A stretch of DNA of 64,000 nt, taken from assembly GCA_963665235.2 (NCBI GenBank), contig CAXXLX010000001.1:3648001-3712000 (forward strand). The letters are read 5' to 3'. Made by a program: the position numbers and the translations under genes. The notes beneath the pieces were generated by a model. The model did no database searches and was not told the DNA's origin. It worked only from the letters and a program-made list of their open reading frames with translations. This DNA comes from Candidatus Poribacteria bacterium (GTDB taxonomy: Bacteria > Poribacteria > WGA-4E > WGA-3G). Positions 59,341-64,000 of the stretch are shown here, piece after piece. Each line of letters starts with the position of its first letter. Position 1 is the first letter of the stretch.

Positions 59341-60180
59341 CTAAAAAAATGGATAAAGGACTAAAACGATAGCATACACCACACCTGCTAAAACTGCCCC
59401 GACGAGGGCATCAATTGCATAATGGAATCTACCGTACACAGTGCCAAGGGTTAACCCTACACACATCGGCAGTAAAATCAAGAATGCTGTGCTATCATAG
59501 CGGAACGCACACAGCAACACTATGACCGATAACGAGACGTGCGAACTCGGAAACGCTGTCCCTTTTGACGAACCCCTTGAGAGAATTGAATGTGTGAGTT
59601 TGAAAAAAAAACCGCTAGACAACTTCCCCTCAATCTTCTCAAATATGTAACGGGGCCCGGTTGCCGGCAGAAATGGATAACAGAGTAGACTCAGATTGAA
59701 TGTTAACGTTTCAGCAAAGACCGTCTCCTGAAAGGGGACTAACCGCCCATCGAAATAGAGCCACGCCGCTAAAAATACGGCAATGACGTAATAACTAAAA
59801 TAGCAGCAGTGTAAAACCTCTGACAGAATCAGAGAGGAGAACCGACTGCTGAGTTCGAGGCTCGGCATCCCCCTAAAAATCTTTTTCTCCCAGCGGATAA
59901 CGGTGTCATCGAAGTAGCGTTGAAACACCATTTGCGTTAGGTTTCCCATCTCAAAATAGAACAGCGCGATAGTAGACAGTGGATACCAATCCCGTAGAAA
60001 TCGCAAAGGGAGTGGCATAGATGCGTCAACGCGTGTCAGCAGGATAATGCCGATAATACAAAGTCCACGTGCAATCAGATAGCGATACCAGTGCCCAACA
60101 TTCTTGTGGAAAACTGTAAGCAGTACACCTGTTATAGCTAAGTATCCGATGGCAACCCAATCGTAAGGAAGAAAATTCAT
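59341..60180 (-). CDS. PAP2-family (IPC synthase-like) membrane protein
   Basis: P..GPR, AFPSSH, TVYGRFHY.ID. Confidence 0.88.
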   Translation of the reverse strand: MNFLPYDWVAIGYLAITGVLLTVFHKNVGHWYRYLIARGLCIIGIILLTRVDASMPLPLRFLRDWYPLSTIALFYFEMGNLTQMVFQRYFDDTVIRWEKKIFRGMPSLELSSRFSSLILSEVLHCCYFSYYVIAVFLAAWLYFDGRLVPFQETVFAETLTFNLSLLCYPFLPATGPRYIFEKIEGKLSSGFFFKLTHSILSRGSSKGTAFPSSHVSLSVIVLLCAFRYDSTAFLILLPMCVGLTLGTVYGRFHYAIDALVGAVLAGVVYAIVLVLYPFF

Positions 60181-60393
60181 AAGTGTCGTCTTTTACCGTT
60201 GTGTTTTTTTAAGTTTACGCTATTTTCCAAAAAACAGCAAGGAAAAAATTTGAACACCTAATGGGAGGAGGGGCCACCATCTGGAAACGGCGGCCACCTA
60301 TAAAGTGAAAAGCGGGAAGAACGTTACAGGGGTACAAAACTACCCTAGACGAATCCTTGAGGATAACTTTAAACCTTGATACGGAAGTCCGTC

Positions 60394-61674
60394 TCAGTTT
60401 GGGTCATTTGGATTGGCCCTGTGGTGCAGCGGCTTGAAAGTAGCTTTTAGACAGAAGGAATTGCTGCATTTTCTATATTTTGTGTTACAGGGGTTCCCTC
60501 GATTCCCGCCTCTTTGCTTACAAATTAAGACTTTATGGCTGCCAGGTTCTCGACAAGTCCAATAGGAGACTCTGCATCCGGGTACTCCGGGTACATTACT
60601 GAGCTCGTTACCACAAACCACTTCTTTGTGCTTGTCCGCTTCTGCTTCTTTGACGACTTGATTGCATCCGGGACATAGGAACGTCTTACCTTCGCCTGGC
60701 GTGTAATACTCACAATCATGTGTGCACTTGCGATAGGGTGCTCCTACGCTGCAATGTCCATCCTCTGAAGTGGCTGGGCCAGGACATTTGTCCTGTAACT
60801 TATGGGCATCGGGGATGTAATATTTACATTGGACATGTGCCCCACAACCACCGTTCATGATACCCGATCCTTCGGGACATATCCAATGGTGGTCGTGGAT
60901 TGCCATAAGTGATTGCTCACATTGAGTATCTCCACAGACGTAATCACTGGCAACAGTCCAAGTCCCGGAACCATCTAAAAAACGGTCGCTCGGGATGCCT
61001 GATATATCGTCGGCTACACCGACTGAGCTACCTACACTTACGCTATAGGTGCCTGCTGGAGATAGACCCACTTCTGTCCCCACCGTTTGTGTAATTGATA
61101 CAGTGCCATTACCTTCCCAATCAACGCCCCATATCTCTACCTTACCTGAGGCGGTCCAATTATAGGTCCCCGGCACCGCCTTTATCGGAGAATAGAAGAA
61201 AACTTTGCGAGTAACGGTATGTGCCACGGGGTTTGCAGTCGCAGCCCCCCCGATTCCGCCTCCCCAGCTGCCAACCTTGATGGAATCTCCTCCAAGATTG
61301 AGTACTTGCGTATTGTCAGCACTCGCCGGGTAAATAGAGGCTTTGGCTTGACCGTAACCAACAATATCTGCTGCTATGGTGATTGTCACCTTTCTATCAG
61401 ATGGATCATACCTTGTTGTAGGAGTGTGTGGACCGCCTTTAGGTGGGTGCCCACAAGTCTGAAACTGGTAAGGATGCTCACTCATTGGGCAATACTGCTG
61501 CTTTGTAACTGTGTCTGGACTGCTTGACATCCTTGCCCCTGATTTAAACACAATTGTTATATTGCTAATGGGTGGGGGCTTGCTATCGGCAAAAATACCT
61601 AGATTCCATAGAAACAGAAGGGCAATAACCAAAGTGGATGAGAGCCCGAGATAAAATAACGTTTTCTTTAACAT
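60394..61674 (-). CDS. secreted protein with a Cys/His-rich C-terminal region, gene 3 of cassette copy 2
   Basis: signal peptide; about 20 Cys in the last ~185 aa in H..C..C..C units. Confidence 0.85.
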   Translation of the reverse strand: MLKKTLFYLGLSSTLVIALLFLWNLGIFADSKPPPISNITIVFKSGARMSSSPDTVTKQQYCPMSEHPYQFQTCGHPPKGGPHTPTTRYDPSDRKVTITIAADIVGYGQAKASIYPASADNTQVLNLGGDSIKVGSWGGGIGGAATANPVAHTVTRKVFFYSPIKAVPGTYNWTASGKVEIWGVDWEGNGTVSITQTVGTEVGLSPAGTYSVSVGSSVGVADDISGIPSDRFLDGSGTWTVASDYVCGDTQCEQSLMAIHDHHWICPEGSGIMNGGCGAHVQCKYYIPDAHKLQDKCPGPATSEDGHCSVGAPYRKCTHDCEYYTPGEGKTFLCPGCNQVVKEAEADKHKEVVCGNELSNVPGVPGCRVSYWTCREPGSHKVLICKQRGGNRGNPCNTKYRKCSNSFCLKATFKPLHHRANPNDPN

Positions 61675-61701
61675 TGTGATGTCCTTCCTTATAAAAATTG
61701 A

Positions 61702-62430
61702 TTACTCAACCATATATCCTAAGTCCATATCTATATAAGCTTGTCTCAGGATTTCACTTGCTCTTTGATCGGTTGCTACCGAAGCTGCTTCAGCGAGATG
61801 TGTTGGTACACTCTGTGAGGCCGTAACAATAGGTATGTCGCCTTGTGCCTCTTTTTCGAGTTGGTCGATTTCAGCATTGAGGCGATCGGCTTCGGCATCA
61901 TTGCCGGCATGACGCTCGATATCCCTCACTTTTATCAAATGAAGGTAGTGTTGGTACTGTTCGTAAGTTGGCGCGAAACCTGTTCCGATGGCAACATCAA
62001 ATATCGGTTCTCCCTCTTTGTATAGCATTGGATTACCGTTTTCATCTAACTTGAGCACCCCCGGGTCAGACATGCGGTATGCGTATCCTGGGGGTGGCGG
62101 TTCTACCCCGTATTTCTTATAGATACGTTCAAAATATCCGAGTCTTACCGTTCCCCCTTGTTTTTCCGTTGCCCCTTGCAAGGCATTCTTGGTTTGTGTA
62201 GCAGTGGGGGTTCTATTTTCGGAGGTTTCGCCGGGGGGCGGTTGTTCGTCCACTCCCTGTGCTTTCCGTTCGGCGATGTCCTCCTTAATCTTTTGGATAA
62301 CTTCCGGTGACGGCGGCTCAAAAACAACTTCGGGTTCCAGGTCGATGTTCCGCTGCATCAGCAGGAAAACACCGGCTGTGAATAGGATAACAATGAGGAC
62401 AGCAAGACCCCAATACATTTTTCTACGCAT
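61702..62430 (-). CDS. membrane-anchored protein, gene 2 of cassette copy 2
   Basis: AGGAGG RBS; MRRKMYWG + TM; homologous to split 19066..19816. Confidence 0.88.
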   Translation of the reverse strand: MRRKMYWGLAVLIVILFTAGVFLLMQRNIDLEPEVVFEPPSPEVIQKIKEDIAERKAQGVDEQPPPGETSENRTPTATQTKNALQGATEKQGGTVRLGYFERIYKKYGVEPPPPGYAYRMSDPGVLKLDENGNPMLYKEGEPIFDVAIGTGFAPTYEQYQHYLHLIKVRDIERHAGNDAEADRLNAEIDQLEKEAQGDIPIVTASQSVPTHLAEAASVATDQRASEILRQAYIDMDLGYMVE

Positions 62431-62442
62431 TGTGAATCCTCC

Positions 62443-62850
62443 TTATTTTCGACTATCCCTTATATCGCTGCGGGGCTGCGATAAAGGGCATTTGACAGAT
62501 GGACACGGTGATTTTTCCGGGAGCTCCTTGTTACATGTCCATTCCGGACAAGTGGGAGCGTCTGTTTGTGTCGCAGCAATCCGTTTGATTGTACCAAACA
62601 GTAGGCACCCACCCATCAAAACAATCAAAGCCGTGGTGAGGCTTATCTTGCGCCAGCGGTGCCTTTTCGGTTGCGGAGTGTCCTGATGTTTTAGGGACAG
62701 AAACCCCCATAACGAAATAGCAAAGGCGACGACACTGAGGTGGAGCCCGTGCTGCACGAAAAAGAGCGCACAGAACGAGCTAACAATGAGCCCTCCGAAT
62801 GCAGCCACGGCGGCTATATCTACATTTGTTGTTAAAAGTTTCGTTTTCAC
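62443..62850 (-). CDS. small 3-TM Cys4-tail protein, gene 1 of cassette copy 2
   Basis: near-identical to 19829..20236. Confidence 0.7.
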   Translation of the reverse strand: MKTKLLTTNVDIAAVAAFGGLIVSSFCALFFVQHGLHLSVVAFAISLWGFLSLKHQDTPQPKRHRWRKISLTTALIVLMGGCLLFGTIKRIAATQTDAPTCPEWTCNKELPEKSPCPSVKCPLSQPRSDIRDSRK

Positions 62851-62851
62851 A

Positions 62852-62880
62852 ATTATATATCCTCCGCTAAAATCTGTCAA
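62852..62880 (-). promoter_or_regulatory. perfect sigma70 consensus, identical to 20238..20266
   Basis: TTGACA-17-TATAAT. Confidence 0.7.
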
Positions 62881-62881
62881 G

Positions 62882-63190
62882 GGGTGCGTAAAATTTTTGT
62901 ACTTAACGTGTTATGTAGGAGCGTGCTGCGCAGGCGACCTCCCCGCCTCTGTAGAAGCGTGCTGTGCACCCGATACCTTTCTAGATAGACATACACCTCT
63001 TACAATCCGCGTCTTCCGCGTCCTCCGCGATAATCCGCGATTTGCGGCGTACTCGCCCAAATGCGACGTGCATTCAGACAAGACATACACAACATCCCTT
63101 CCATCCTTCCCTCTATCATAGTACAAAACTTTACAGGGTGTGTAAAATTTTTGTACTTAAACGTGAGTTTGAAAATAAATGTCCGTTTTC
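62882..63190. mobile_element. family-C shell, then a second family-C left end (63136) and a family-B left end (63160)
   Basis: GGGTGCGTAAAATTTTTGTAC...GTACAAAACTTTACA, then GGGTGTGTAAAATTTTTGTAC, then AACGTGAGTTTGAAAATAAATGTCCGTT. Confidence 0.6.
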
Positions 63191-63197
63191 ACTAATC

Positions 63198-63676
63198 TCT
63201 ATAAATATATCGTCCCTACGGGACTAGGGGTTGTCGAAACATCTACTTCTATAAATATATCGTCCCTACGGGACTAGGGTTGTCGAAACATCTACTTCTA
63301 TAAATATATCGTCCCTACGGGACTAGCGGTTGTCGAAACATCTGCTTCTATAAATATATCGTCCCTACGGGACTAGCGGTTGTCGAAACATCTGCTTCTA
63401 TAAATATATCGTCCCTACGGGACTAGCGGTTGTCGAAACATCTGCTTCTATAAATATATCGTCCCTACGGGACTAGCGGTTGTCGAAACATCTGCTTCTA
63501 TAAATATATCGTCCCTACGGGACTAGCGGTTGTCGAAACATCTGCTTCTATAAATATATCGTCCCTACGGGACTAGCGGTTGTCGAAACATCTGCTTCTA
63601 TAAATATATCGTCCCTACGGGACTAGCGGTTGTCGAAACATCTGCTTCTATAAATATATCGTCCCTACGGGACTAC
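63198..63676. repeat. tandem array of a 50-bp unit with a GTCCC-TAC-GGGAC hairpin (10 cores)
   Basis: TCTATAAATATATCGTCCCTACGGGACTAGCGGTTGTCGAAACATCTGCT repeated; linkers essentially identical. Confidence 0.97.
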
Positions 63677-63684
63677 GTCGAAAC

Positions 63685-64000
63685 AGACAAGCTAGCCCCA
63701 GCGGGGCGGTATATTTATAGAAGCACATGTTATAAGGGCCAGACAAGCTAGCCCCAGCGGGGCGGTATCTTTATAGAAGCACAAGGGCCAGACAAGCTAG
63801 CCCCAGCGGGGCGGTATCTTTATAGAAGCACAAGGGCCAGACAAGCTAGCCCCAGCGGGGCGGTATCTTTATAGAAGCACAAGGGCCAGACAAGCTAGCC
63901 CCAGCAGGGCGGTATCTTTATAGAAAACACAACAACACAACACAACCTAGCCCCAGCGGGGCGGTATCTTTATAGAAGCACAAGGGCCAGACAAGCTAGC
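63685..64000. repeat. tandem array of a ~49-bp unit with a GCCCC-AGC-GGGGC hairpin in the opposite orientation (6 cores, runs off the window)
   Basis: AGACAAGCTAGCCCCAGCGGGGCGGTATCTTTATAGAAGCACAAGGGCC repeated. Confidence 0.95.

Noticed and set aside
60394-61674. Multiheme cytochrome
   Set aside because: Rich in Cys and His but has no CxxCH motifs
63198-64000. CRISPR array
   Set aside because: The sequences between the palindromic cores are essentially identical rather than unique spacers, and there are no cas genes in the window

Overview
This 64 kb bacterial window most likely comes from Candidatus Poribacteria or a relative. That assignment is an inference from the many Gfo/Idh/MocA, TIM-barrel epimerase, FGE/SUMF1, CRTAC1 and heparinase genes and from secreted proteins ending in a 'TWGxLK' tail. 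Housekeeping genes (pth, mutS, miaB, map, ccmC, gmhA, a hisN-like gene and an ActP-like symporter) are mixed with accessory material. Main observations: (1) an unannotated UxxC selenoprotein of the ArsC/Spx fold with a SECIS-like hairpin (38788..39132); (2) four secreted proteins from three unrelated domain families share a C-terminal V(E/S)PxxKxxxTWGxLK tail, a candidate sorting signal, and a PorV/PorQ-like barrel gene is also in the window; (3) a three-gene cassette occurs twice with a near-identical head and a hypervariable secreted tail, its homology starts exactly at a perfect sigma70 promoter, and copy 1 has a poly-C10 leader ORF; (4) a tandem pair of ABC-like ATPase + PD-(D/E)XK-like modules is a defence candidate; (5) a candidate structured RNA sits right behind a promoter at about 50.6 kb; (6) the intergenic DNA holds many nested MITE-like shells, GTAG-type REP hairpins and tandem REP arrays, with no transposase in the window. 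I saw no rRNA, tRNA or CRISPR array. All assignments are by eye from motifs; no searches were run.
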